Source: Candidatus Multivoradales bacterium
Lineage (GTDB): Bacteria; Acidobacteriota; Thermoanaerobaculia; Multivoradales; JAHEKO01
Assembly: GCA_965223155.1 (NCBI GenBank)
Contig: CBDCVR010000014.1
Coordinates: 416,001 to 480,000, forward strand
Direction: 5' to 3'
DNA length: 64,000 nt
The position numbers were made by a program, and so were the translations under genes. A model generated the notes under the pieces. That model saw nothing but the letters and a program-made list of their open reading frames with translations. It did not search any database and had not been told where the DNA came from. This document shows positions 9,773-18,859 of the stretch, piece after piece (within the stretch, counting starts at the first letter, position 1; the number at the start of each line of letters is the position of its first letter).

Positions 9773-10446
9773 CCTTCCGCAGAAGCCGGGCTCTCCGCGA
9801 CTTCCTCGGCAGGAACCTCGTCAGCGGATTCCTGAGTGGCGCCGCCGTCTGCCGCGGAGCCTTTTTCGTCCTCGATCTCCTCTTCGAGCGGCCTCTGTTT
9901 CTCGGGAGGCAGGGGCGCCAGTACCATGATCATGCGCCTGGACTCGAGCTTGCTCCGGGATTCCACCACGCCCAGGCCCTCGACTTCCCTGGTCAGCTTG
10001 TCCAGGATCTCGGCACCCAGCTCCGGACGCCGGAGCTGCCGGTAGCGGAAGAACACCGTCACCTTGACCTTCTTGCCCTTGCGCAAGAACTGCTTGGCGC
10101 GGTCGGTCTTGCGCTCCATGTCGTGCTTGTCGATGTTGGGCCGGTACTTGACCTCTTTGACCTCGATGGTGTGGGTCTTCTTGCGAGCCTCGCGGGCCTG
10201 CTTCTCACGCTCGTACTTGAGCTTGCCGTAGTCCAGGATCCGGACCACGGGCGGATCGGCATTGGCGCCGACTTCGACGAGATCCAGCCCCGCTTCCTCG
10301 GCCTTGCGCCGAGCCTCTTCGACCGGCACCACGCCGATCTGCGTGCCATCTTGATCGATCAGTCGCACCGGGCTCTTGCGGATGGCATCGTTGACCCGTG
10401 TGCGATCCACGGGTCTGCGCGGTGGTCGATAAAATCTCCTAGGTAT
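9769..10446 (-). CDS. infC: Translation initiation factor IF-3, non-canonical ATA start
   Basis: RVNDAIR..VRLID, LDLVEV...PPVVRILDYGK, VKEVKYRPNIDKHD. In-frame ATA at 10446, 7 nt downstream of AAAGGAG. Confidence 0.93.
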   Translation of the reverse strand: MPRRFYRPPRRPVDRTRVNDAIRKSPVRLIDQDGTQIGVVPVEEARRKAEEAGLDLVEVGANADPPVVRILDYGKLKYEREKQAREARKKTHTIEVKEVKYRPNIDKHDMERKTDRAKQFLRKGKKVKVTVFFRYRQLRRPELGAEILDKLTREVEGLGVVESRSKLESRRMIMVLAPLPPEKQRPLEEEIEDEKGSAADGGATQESADEVPAEEVAESPASAEG

Positions 10447-10789
10447 TTTCGGGCTCCTTTCGGGCGCTCGGACGAACGGACGGGCTCAGGGTGCTCACGG
10501 AACCGGCTTCCTAACCGGACCGGGCACGGGCCCCGGCAGCCGGAGCGCGATGAAAACGGTTGCCGTCCTCGAGACGGCCGCTCACGATCGATAGTCGGCG
10601 ACTAGCTGCATGCGCCAGCTTCGTAGGCTCGAAGCGATCGTGTGGAAGAGTGCGTGGTAATGATGACGCTCGACTTGAAAACTCGCTGGAATGGGCGGCA
10701 AGCCACCGACAAGCTCGGCCTCTTGCACTGCCCGCAACACGGTGACGAAGCGTAGCACAAGAGACCGCTGTGCTAGCCTGCCGCACTTC

Positions 10790-11851
10790 ATGAAGCGTGC
10801 CGCCAGCGCCCTGCCGCCGATCCGCTTCGAGCCCGTCCTCAAGGACTATCTCTGGGGCGGTACCGCTCTGCGCGACCTTTTCGGCCGGGAGCTTCCGAGT
10901 GCGACCGCGGCCGAGAGCTGGGAGGTGTCGGATCACCCCCACGGCCCCACCCCGGTGCGCGAAGGCGAGCTTCAAGGGGCGACCCTGAATGAGCTCATCG
11001 CGGAGCACGGCACCGAGCTCCTGGGCACGCGCTACGTCGACGCGGCCGCGGCCGGGCGCTTCCCGCTCTTGATCAAGATCCTGGACGCGCGCCGCTGGCT
11101 GTCGGTCCAGGTCCATCCCGGAGACGCCTACGCCCGCGAGCGCGAGGGAGATTCCGGCAAGACCGAGATGTGGATCGTGCTCGACGCCGACCCGGAAGCC
11201 GAGATCATCCTGGGTTTTGCGGAAGCGCTCACCGCCGGCGAATTCAACGAAGCCGTCGCCGCCGATCGCCTGGACGAGGTTCTGCAGCGGCTGCCGGCCA
11301 GGGCCGGAGACGCCTTCTTCGTTCGCTCCGGCTTGATCCATGCGATCGGGCCGGGTCTGGTCATCGCCGAGATCCAGCAATCGAGCGACACCACCTACCG
11401 GGTCCACGACTGGGGCCGTCACGACCGGGACGGCCGGCCGCGCGAGCTCCACTTGCAGCAGGCTCGAGACGTGCTGGACTTCTCCGCCATCCGGCCGGCG
11501 GCCGTGTCTCCGGAGCCGCTCGACTTGCCAGGCGGCGAACTCCTGGTGGATTGTCCCGACTTCCGGGTCGAGCGATACCGCCTGGGCGCCTCGCCCGAAG
11601 ACGAGCGGGCGGTGCTTGCCCGCCGCTACGAGGGTCGCTGCGCCGGCGCCACCTTCGAGATCTGGGGAGTGCTGGACGGCTCCGCGACCCTCGAGTGGGA
11701 CGGCGGCCGGCTCGACCTGGAAGCGGTGGACTGGGTGCTGCTACCGGCGACTCTCGGCGCCTTCGCGATTTCGGCCGAAGGTTCGGACACCGAGGATCGC
11801 GACAGCCCCGCAACGCTGGTTCGCGTCCTCAAGCCCGACGAATCGGGCTAG
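10790..11851 (+). CDS. manA: Mannose-6-phosphate isomerase, class I
   Basis: LWGG, AESWEVSDH, FPLLIKILDA...LSVQVHP, KTEMW, IHAIG, EIQQSSDTTYR, RELH. Confidence 0.9.
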   Translation: MKRAASALPPIRFEPVLKDYLWGGTALRDLFGRELPSATAAESWEVSDHPHGPTPVREGELQGATLNELIAEHGTELLGTRYVDAAAAGRFPLLIKILDARRWLSVQVHPGDAYAREREGDSGKTEMWIVLDADPEAEIILGFAEALTAGEFNEAVAADRLDEVLQRLPARAGDAFFVRSGLIHAIGPGLVIAEIQQSSDTTYRVHDWGRHDRDGRPRELHLQQARDVLDFSAIRPAAVSPEPLDLPGGELLVDCPDFRVERYRLGASPEDERAVLARRYEGRCAGATFEIWGVLDGSATLEWDGGRLDLEAVDWVLLPATLGAFAISAEGSDTEDRDSPATLVRVLKPDESG

Positions 11852-11964
11852 GTCGAGCCTTGCCGATTCCCGACAGCTTGGGCTGCTCCCCAACGCAGGG
11901 TGTCGGCGCCTGTCGGTCTCGAGGCTCAGAACCGCTTTGGCTGGCGTGAACCGGAGGACTTCGA

Positions 11965-12873
11965 GTGACCCAGCTGGCCGACGTGATTCTCTACTACCAT
12001 CGCCCTTCCTTCTTCTTGGACCCGGATTGGTCGCCGGTCCCAACCGGCAGGCGTTGCCGCTACACCGGAGACAAGGCGAGGTTCTTCGAGGCAAAAGCCG
12101 TCCTGTTCGACATCCCGACGCTGACGAGCGAGGAGACCGAGCACCTCGCCAAGATTCGGCTGGCCAAGCCCGAGGGACAGATCTGGGTCGCCTTCTCGCA
12201 AGAGAGCGACCAGTGCTTCCCGCTGCTGAACGACCCGGGTTTCATGGCCCTCTTCGACCTGGAGATGTCGTATCGGCAGACTGCCCAAGTCTGGACACCG
12301 TACGTCAACCAAGAGGTCGCGGCGAGAATCTCCTCCGCCCCGGTACTGCCCAAGCGCCATCTGTGTGCGGCCTTCATTTCCAGTCGAGTCAACCTGAGCC
12401 GGCGTCTCGAACTGCTGGAAGGGCTGATGCAGCACCTACCCATTCACTCGTTCGGCAGCCAACTGCAGAACTCCATCTTGGAAGAGGACCAGGGCAACCC
12501 CCAGTACTCGCAGGCCCGCTACCAGACCAAGCTCCGGACCCTCAGACGCTACCGATACACCATCGCCTTCGAAAACAGCTTGAGCGACGACTACGTCACC
12601 GAGAAGTTCTTCCACCCGCTCATGGCCGGCTCGATCCCCGTCTATCTCGGCGCGTCCAACGTAGCCGACTATGCGCCGGGGAAAGACGCCTTCATCAACG
12701 CAGCGAATTTTCCCCATCCCCGGGAACTCGCCGAGTTCCTACTGGAAGCCGAGGACGCCAAGTACCAGGAGTGGCGAAGCCGGCCCTTGGAGCAGTCCTT
12801 TCTCGACCTCGTGTCTCGAACCACCCAGGAGCCGTTCGACGAACTCTGCGATCTGGTGTTCGGCCGAAAGTAA
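11965..12873 (+). CDS. Glycosyltransferase family 10 (alpha-1,3-fucosyltransferase-like)
   Basis: alpha3-FucT motif YRYTIAFENSLSDDYVTEKFFHPLMAGSIPVYLG. Confidence 0.9.
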   Translation: MTQLADVILYYHRPSFFLDPDWSPVPTGRRCRYTGDKARFFEAKAVLFDIPTLTSEETEHLAKIRLAKPEGQIWVAFSQESDQCFPLLNDPGFMALFDLEMSYRQTAQVWTPYVNQEVAARISSAPVLPKRHLCAAFISSRVNLSRRLELLEGLMQHLPIHSFGSQLQNSILEEDQGNPQYSQARYQTKLRTLRRYRYTIAFENSLSDDYVTEKFFHPLMAGSIPVYLGASNVADYAPGKDAFINAANFPHPRELAEFLLEAEDAKYQEWRSRPLEQSFLDLVSRTTQEPFDELCDLVFGRK

Positions 12874-12917
12874 CCGCGTCCGGCTGGCTCGAAGAGCTCG
12901 AGGCGCGCGCGCAAAGC

Positions 12918-14030
12918 CTATCGGCCCGGCCTGTTGCCAGCGGCACCGGCCTCGGCCAGGACTCGCTTGGCCCGGATTTCAACATTACCCGGGTTCGCGG
13001 CTTCGGCCTTCCGCAACCAGGACAGAGCTCGGCTCCAAGCGCCTTCGACCAAGAAGGTAGCGCCGTAGAGACCCCAGGCAAATTCCCCAAATAGCCTCTT
13101 GTCGTACCCCAGGCCGTGAACGGCCAGGCGCGGGACCTCTTCCGCCAGGAGTTGGTCCAGGAAGAATCGAGCCGCCGTCTGCCGGCCTTCCTCGGAGGCC
13201 AGGCGCGCACCCCACCAAAGCAGCAGGGGATCGCAAGGCGCTCGGTCCCAGCCTTCCCGCCAAAGGTCCGCGGCATCCACCAGTCGCGGACCCTCGGCGG
13301 AGAAGTGCAGATCCAGGAGATCCCCGAAGAGCAAGGCGTCCCCAGCCCGAACCGGCCTTGCCCGCAGGGCCTCCAACCCGCGCCGCCAGGCCGTTTCGCC
13401 TTCGGAATAGGCACCCAGTCCGACTCTGGCCTCCCCCAACGCGTGCCAAAGATAGACGCGCTCGGGATCCAGCTCTACGGCCTGGAGCAGCATCGGCAGG
13501 TTGCGCTCGTGCTTGGCCCGCAGGTCCCCTTCGTACCCGAGGTGCTGGATCGCCAGCGGGACGGGACGACAGCCGAGCTCCCCCGCGGCCATAATCCGCT
13601 CGAGGTCCGGAACCACGGTCTCATGAATGGGACTTCGGAACCGAAGGTCGTCTCGATTGCGAAACAGTCGGAACTCGAGATACGGAGTGAGTCGACTGGA
13701 GGCGGAGAATTCCACCAGGCCGGCGATAAGCGCGCGGTCGGCGAGAACCGGAGCCAGCTCACCGCACCGAATCACCCGCTCATCGGCGTCGAGGTAGAGG
13801 ATCCAATCCTCGGCAGCCTCGTCCAAACCCAGGTTCCGCGGCTTGGAGAAGTCATTCCGCCAGGGCTCGTGCACGACCCGGGCCCCGTGCTCCGCCGCGA
13901 CCTCCACGGAGCGGTCCCGCGAACCGGTATCTACGACGACGATCTCGTTGACAAGCTCCGCAACGGAGCGCAGGCACGCGGCAAGGTGCGCCTCCTCATC
14001 GCGAACGATGAGGACGGCGGAGATCCCCAA
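12918..14030 (-). CDS. GT2 glycosyltransferase with C-terminal TPRs (SunS-like catalytic domain)
   Basis: ISAVLIVRDEE, VVDTGSRD, WRNDFSKPRN, WILYLDADE, IHE, IQHLGY, K.ERN, followed by TPR-like helices. Confidence 0.88.
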   Translation of the reverse strand: MGISAVLIVRDEEAHLAACLRSVAELVNEIVVVDTGSRDRSVEVAAEHGARVVHEPWRNDFSKPRNLGLDEAAEDWILYLDADERVIRCGELAPVLADRALIAGLVEFSASSRLTPYLEFRLFRNRDDLRFRSPIHETVVPDLERIMAAGELGCRPVPLAIQHLGYEGDLRAKHERNLPMLLQAVELDPERVYLWHALGEARVGLGAYSEGETAWRRGLEALRARPVRAGDALLFGDLLDLHFSAEGPRLVDAADLWREGWDRAPCDPLLLWWGARLASEEGRQTAARFFLDQLLAEEVPRLAVHGLGYDKRLFGEFAWGLYGATFLVEGAWSRALSWLRKAEAANPGNVEIRAKRVLAEAGAAGNRPGR

Positions 14031-14042
14031 GCGACGGGGACT

Positions 14043-14195
14043 CTAGGTCGTGTTCGGCTGCGCCGAAGCCGGTCGCGCCATCAAGCCCGACATCGTGAAG
14101 GAGGCCACGAGCGGGGCTACGAAACCGGCCCCAATCGCCTTGCGAATGAAACCGCGCCGCGACTCATCAATGGATTCGAGGATCTTCTCTTGCAT
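14043..14195 (-). CDS. Putative RiPP precursor, 50 aa: MQEKILESIDESRRGFIRKAIGAGFVAPLVASFTMSGLMARPASAQPNTT
   Basis: Translated by hand. RBS AAGGAGG 7 nt before the ATG, own promoter, twin-Arg motif SRRGFI, FxxPxV motif. Located downstream of the PqqD and kinase genes, 12 nt upstream of the GT2-TPR gene. Confidence 0.85.
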   Translation of the reverse strand: MQEKILESIDESRRGFIRKAIGAGFVAPLVASFTMSGLMARPASAQPNTT

Positions 14196-14255
14196 CGAAC
14201 TTCCTCCTTCTCCGGCCTGTCAGTCGGCACTCCGGGATATCCCTAGATTGAGCGG

Positions 14256-14285
14256 AGTATCGCAAACCGGTTTCGCGGCTGTCAA
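14256..14285 (-). promoter_or_regulatory. sigma70 promoter for the small peptide, with a palindrome in the spacer
   Basis: TTGACA (14285-14280), 18 nt, TG-c-GATACT (14261-14256). Palindrome AAACCGGTTT at 14264-14273. Confidence 0.7.
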
Positions 14286-14325
14286 TCAGACGGTCACCCG
14301 GACGGAGCTGAGCCTTTCCGTCGGC

Positions 14326-15162
14326 CTAGCCCCGGGAACTATGGCTTCGGGAGGCATTCTCGAGAGAAGCAATCGCCTCGTCGATTCGGCCCAGAGTCAA
14401 CCGCCAGCCACCGCTTGCCCCCAGGAAGCTCGCCGCGGCCAGCAGGCTCTTTCGCGTCTCGCCCCAACGAAAGGAGTTCCTGAGGAGGTTCTCGATCAAG
14501 TGATGGGGCGGCGCGGGCTCCAACGAGCTCTTACCACCGTGATTCGGGGTGATCGATACCAGCCGATCGATCGGAGCTCGCTTGAGCCTCCACTGAGACC
14601 CAATCCTTCGGGGCGGGACACTCCAGACAACCTCGTCGCCGGAGCCCATGCGGGGCTGGCCGGCCAGAATCGCTCCGAGCCCGGGCACGACCTCGTCGCT
14701 TCCCTTCTTGAGTTGCAGACAACGTGGGAACGCAATCACCTCGCCCCCGGAAAAGAGTGCCAGCTCGTCGCCCTCGACCTCATGCCCCGCACTCAGCAAC
14801 GCGGCGGCCAGCGTCGACTTTCCGGCGTGCTTTGCGCCCAAGATCAGCAGGCGGCAGCCCGCCACCGTTGTCGTCACCCCGTGAAAGACGATCCAACCGG
14901 CCAGAGCCAGGCGCTCGATGGCTTGGCAGTAGGCCCGCTGGTAGAGAATGAAGAGTGCATCCCCGGCCGAAGGGGCGGAATCGCAAAGGTCTCCGGCGCG
15001 CAGGATCTCGAACGGGCCGTCGCCTCGCACCTCGAATCGCAGCAGCTTCTTGGGCTCAAGTGGCTGCTCGGCGACGGTTGCGGCATAGGCCAGGAGCGAC
15101 TCGAGCTCGCGGCTGGCGGTCTCGATCTCAACCTGGCAGCCGAGCAGTTGAAACGAAATCAA
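14326..15162 (-). CDS. HPr-kinase-related P-loop kinase (putative peptide kinase)
   Basis: FHG, Walker A GAKHAGKSTL, GDE, FPRCLQLK; overlaps the PqqD stop codon. Confidence 0.75.
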   Translation of the reverse strand: MISFQLLGCQVEIETASRELESLLAYAATVAEQPLEPKKLLRFEVRGDGPFEILRAGDLCDSAPSAGDALFILYQRAYCQAIERLALAGWIVFHGVTTTVAGCRLLILGAKHAGKSTLAAALLSAGHEVEGDELALFSGGEVIAFPRCLQLKKGSDEVVPGLGAILAGQPRMGSGDEVVWSVPPRRIGSQWRLKRAPIDRLVSITPNHGGKSSLEPAPPHHLIENLLRNSFRWGETRKSLLAAASFLGASGGWRLTLGRIDEAIASLENASRSHSSRG

Positions 15163-15458
15163 TCGGTTTCGGCCGGAACTTCGGACTCGACGGCGACCAG
15201 AATACTCTCGTCCATGAGCTGCTGGACTCCCGCACGGACCTCCTCGACCGGCGTCGCGTCCAACTGAAACAGGTCGGCGACGAGCTTAGGCAGGTCCGAG
15301 GTCGCGCGGGTTCCGTCGCACAGTTCGAAGAGGACCGCCGCGGTCTGGTTCAAGTGGTGAACCCGCTGCGTCTCCGGGAAGAAGATCACCAAGCCATCCT
15401 GGGCGTCATGCACCTCGATACCGTCGCAGCGGCGAAGAAACTCGGGGACGGCTGTCAT
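15159..15458 (-). CDS. PqqD family protein / RiPP recognition element (RRE)
   Basis: DGLVIF....VHHLNQTAAVLFELCDG.....L...VA..F.......V...V.QL....IL. Confidence 0.9.
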   Translation of the reverse strand: MTAVPEFLRRCDGIEVHDAQDGLVIFFPETQRVHHLNQTAAVLFELCDGTRATSDLPKLVADLFQLDATPVEEVRAGVQQLMDESILVAVESEVPAETD

Positions 15459-15471
15459 GCGTCTGCCGATC

Positions 15472-16758
15472 CTAGCACCCAGGCAAGGTGGTTCCCGCTC
15501 GGGCGGCAGCCACCACGGCGGCCAGCTTTTCGCTCACGACCGAGCGCTCGTGGTGGGCTCGAACCCAGCGAAGCGCTCGCTCCGCCTGACGCCGAGCCCC
15601 GTCGCCGCCGGCGATCAGCTCACCGGCGGCGCGCGCCAGGTCCTCGCTGGTAGCGCCGACCCGCGCAAACCGCCGGCCCGCCGGTCCGAGCCCAGCCGAG
15701 CCCTCGGGAGTGGTCACCACGGGAACACCCCAGGCGAAGGCCTCGAGAATCTTGACGTGACTCCCGCCGCCTGCTCGGGTGGGCACTACCGTCGCCGAAG
15801 CCCGTCGGTAGAAGGGAGCGAGATCAGCTACCCAGCCATGCGTCGAGACGCCAGGCGTTCGCGCCAACCGCTCGAGAGCTGCGCGCGGGCCCTTCCCCAC
15901 CAGGTCCACTTGGGTTTCCGGATGGTCCGCGCGAACCATCGGCAAGACAGCGTGGACGAGCCGCTCAGCCGCGTCCAGGTTTGGAAGGTAGTGGAAGTTG
16001 CCGAGCAGAAGCAGATTCTTACCACCCGGCGCACCCGGGTTCTGACTGTCGGCCGGTGGTATCGCGACCGCGTTTTCGATGGCTTCGACCGACTCCAGCC
16101 CGTGTCGGCTTGCGAGGCTCAGCGCGTCCCGTTCGCTAGCGGCAAGGACGCGATCGAACCACGGCAGCACCGCCGAGCCGAAATGTAGATAGGCTGCAGC
16201 GTCCGCGTCCAAGGACCCGGCAAGATCGTCTTCCGAGCGGTCTCTCGAGATGGCTGCAAGGCTCCGCAGGGTCGCGACGTCGTCGTCGTCGGCATCCAAG
16301 ATCCACACCGACGGCCCAGAATGCCGCTGCCGATCGGCCGCCGTGAACCCATCCAGCCCGACCAGCATGCCCGCGAGGTACAGCCTCAACACGTAGAGCG
16401 TGTCGAACCGGCGACCCAGCCGCTCGTCAATGGCGGCGCCCAGCTCCGGTGTGGCGCCTCTCGCCAACTCCGGCAGGGCGCCACAGCGTTCCAACAGCTC
16501 ACGGCTCGCCGGCCGCTCGAGCCAGGCGCGCACCGCTTCTCTGCCGGTCATGGGCTCGAACATCTCGACCCGATCGGCATATTCGGACAGCCAAGACGAG
16601 TCGAACCGATCCCGCCCGGGCTCGGCGACCGGGACGATACCGACCGTCAGACGGTGGGAGCGTGCCAGAGCCACCACGGCCAGAGCCGCCCGCATCGCCA
16701 ATCCGTTGCCGGAGAGGGCCGGGGTGATCGGGGTAAGCAGCAGCCCGCGCGGTGCTAT
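15472..16758 (-). CDS. GT4 glycosyltransferase
   Basis: GNFHYLPNLDA, VPTRAGGGSHVKILEAFAWGVPVVTT. The reading frame extends upstream of the track start (LLTPITPALSGNGLAMRA) to an ATA at 16758 preceded by GGAGG. Confidence 0.85.
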   Translation of the reverse strand: MAPRGLLLTPITPALSGNGLAMRAALAVVALARSHRLTVGIVPVAEPGRDRFDSSWLSEYADRVEMFEPMTGREAVRAWLERPASRELLERCGALPELARGATPELGAAIDERLGRRFDTLYVLRLYLAGMLVGLDGFTAADRQRHSGPSVWILDADDDDVATLRSLAAISRDRSEDDLAGSLDADAAAYLHFGSAVLPWFDRVLAASERDALSLASRHGLESVEAIENAVAIPPADSQNPGAPGGKNLLLLGNFHYLPNLDAAERLVHAVLPMVRADHPETQVDLVGKGPRAALERLARTPGVSTHGWVADLAPFYRRASATVVPTRAGGGSHVKILEAFAWGVPVVTTPEGSAGLGPAGRRFARVGATSEDLARAAGELIAGGDGARRQAERALRWVRAHHERSVVSEKLAAVVAAARAGTTLPGC

Positions 16759-16787
16759 TCTTTGCCTCCTCTCCGAGCCCCGGAACC

Positions 16788-17654
16788 GTGGTCAGAATTC
16801 CTCGCCGTGCGCACTTCGTCTTTGGATTGAAGCGATCTCGGTCCCCGTTCCACTTCCTCCATTATGTTGCCATCGAATCCTGCCGGCAGGTGTTGCGACC
16901 GAACGAGATCTTCTTTCATTACCATCACCTGCCCTTCGGCGAGTTCTGGGACCTGGTTCGTCCCCATCTACACTTGCACAGGGTCCCTCTGGTCGATGAG
17001 GTCCTGGAAACAAACTACGACGAGCGGCTGGTGCCACCCGAGTATCGATACGCCCACCACGCAGATTTCGTCCGCTTGGACGCCTTGATCGAGCACGGCG
17101 GGGTTTACGCCGACATCGATACGGTCTTCGTCAACCCGTTCCCTGAGTCTCTATTCGAGGGGTCTTTCGTGATCGGCCGGGAGCGGCCGGTCCCGGACGA
17201 ACGCACCGGTGAGCTCAAGCCGTCGTTGTGCAATGCCCTGCTGATGGCCGAACCGGGCAGCAAGTTCGCGATCGAATGGCGACGCCGCATGGCCGGCGCT
17301 CTCAACGGCACCTGGAACAACCACGCATGCTTCTTGCCGGAGCGGCTGAGTCGCGAAATGCCTGGCGAGTTGGACGTCGAGCCCGAGGAATCCTTCTTCC
17401 CCGTGCCCTGCACGCAGGAGGGCCTCGAGCGCTTGCTCGAGGGCGGCTGGATCGAACTCGACCATAGCTACTCCGTCCATCTGTGGAGCCATGTCTGGTG
17501 GGATGCCGAGCGCCTGGACTTCAGCCCTCGGCACAGCGGAGACTTCACGTACCAGGCCGTGCGTGAAGGCGGCGGCGGGAGTGCGCTCGAGCGCTTGGCG
17601 CACGCCTACCTTCCGGACCTGGAGGTAGACGACCTGGGACCATCCGTCAGATGA
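16788..17654 (+). CDS. DXD-type glycosyltransferase (GT32/Gly_transf_sug-like)
   Basis: IPRRAHFVFGL, AHHADFVRLDALIEHGGVYADIDTV, LCNALLMAEPGS.F, HLW. Confidence 0.85.
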   Translation: MVRIPRRAHFVFGLKRSRSPFHFLHYVAIESCRQVLRPNEIFFHYHHLPFGEFWDLVRPHLHLHRVPLVDEVLETNYDERLVPPEYRYAHHADFVRLDALIEHGGVYADIDTVFVNPFPESLFEGSFVIGRERPVPDERTGELKPSLCNALLMAEPGSKFAIEWRRRMAGALNGTWNNHACFLPERLSREMPGELDVEPEESFFPVPCTQEGLERLLEGGWIELDHSYSVHLWSHVWWDAERLDFSPRHSGDFTYQAVREGGGGSALERLAHAYLPDLEVDDLGPSVR

Positions 17655-18859
17655 CGGACGCCTTCGGGCTCAAGCTCGTGACGACGACGCCCGGGGGAGG
17701 GTACGGCGATGCCGCCCTCGAATACCTTCGCGGCCTGACCGATCTGGGAATTCCGGTCACCTGGCAGGTAGTGCGGGACGGGCATTGGGGGGCCCCGGCG
17801 AGACGAGTCGACTTGCCGTTCGACCTTCGGCGGAACTCCGCCCGGCTCGCATCGCTCTTCGACCGTTCTATTCCCCACGACACCTTCTTGCTTTGTATCC
17901 CTCCGCCGGCCTGGCATCTACGTTGGCTCCAGCAGGAGGAGCACACGACGCCCTTTGCTGGCGCCACCTGGGAGGCGGATCGCCTGCCGGCGAGTTGGCC
18001 GCCAGTGCTCAACCACTTCAGCACCGTCGTCGTACCTTCCGAGTTCAACCGCTCGGTGTTCGTCGCCAGTGGCGTGCGAGTTCCCGTCGAAGTCGTCCCC
18101 TATTGCGCCCGCGAGGTCCAGCCCGTGCCGGGAGGCCCACCCTGGGGCAGGGTCGCGGACGACGACTTCGTCTTCTACACCCTGGGTTCCTGGACCGCCC
18201 GCAAGGCTATCGAGGAAACGATTCGCGCCTACCTCGGAACGTTCACCGGCGACGATAGGGTCGCGCTCATCGTCAAGACGGGGGCCATCGACTGGATCGC
18301 GATCAAAGGCATGACCGTGGAGGAGAGAACCGAAGGGCCACCCCACCTGGGCACGAGTTGGTGGCAGCTCGCCCAGATCGTGGGCGAGTACGAGAATCCG
18401 GCCAAGATTCACCTCGTCGCCGACAGGTTGCCTCTACGAGAAATCGATCGTCTTCATACCCGGGGGGACTGCTTTGTCTCCTTAACACGCGGCGAGGGTT
18501 GGGGCCTAGGACCCTTCGACGCCGGTCTTTTCGGCAATCCGTCGATCGTGACCGGATGGGGTGGGCAGCTCGACTTCCTGGGGAGCGACTACCCGTTTCT
18601 CGTTGACTACGAGCTCGAATCGACGGCCGACTCTCCCGCGAACGGTTACCTCGATCCACCGCGTCAGATCCGCTGGGCGAAGCCGGACGTCGGGCAGGCC
18701 AGCCGGCTCATGCGTCGGGTCTTCGACGAGCGCCGGCAGGCACGGGAGCTGGGCGCCGAGCTCGGCCGGCGGCTCCGGTCCCGCTACCGGCGGCAGACCG
18801 TCTGCCGCCGCTTGGCCGAGGTGATGAATCTCGCCGTCAGACAACCGGAGGCCCGGTGA
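17651..18859 (+). CDS. GT4 glycosyltransferase
   Basis: WEAD, VVVPSEFN, W..RK, DCFVSLTRGEGWGLGPFDA...G.PSIVTGWGG..DF. Confidence 0.88.
   Translation: MTDAFGLKLVTTTPGGGYGDAALEYLRGLTDLGIPVTWQVVRDGHWGAPARRVDLPFDLRRNSARLASLFDRSIPHDTFLLCIPPPAWHLRWLQQEEHTTPFAGATWEADRLPASWPPVLNHFSTVVVPSEFNRSVFVASGVRVPVEVVPYCAREVQPVPGGPPWGRVADDDFVFYTLGSWTARKAIEETIRAYLGTFTGDDRVALIVKTGAIDWIAIKGMTVEERTEGPPHLGTSWWQLAQIVGEYENPAKIHLVADRLPLREIDRLHTRGDCFVSLTRGEGWGLGPFDAGLFGNPSIVTGWGGQLDFLGSDYPFLVDYELESTADSPANGYLDPPRQIRWAKPDVGQASRLMRRVFDERRQARELGAELGRRLRSRYRRQTVCRRLAEVMNLAVRQPEAR

Noticed and set aside
12918-14195. Classical glycocin (sublancin type)
   Set aside because: The peptide has no Cys and no double-Gly leader, and no peptidase-ABC transporter or thiol-disulfide oxidoreductase is present.
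14043-15458. Lasso peptide cluster interpretation
   Set aside because: No asparagine-synthetase-like cyclase or transglutaminase-like protease, and the core has no Asp/Glu for ring closure.
15159-15458. PQQ biosynthesis
   Set aside because: No pqqB/C/E, and no ExxxY motif in the peptide.
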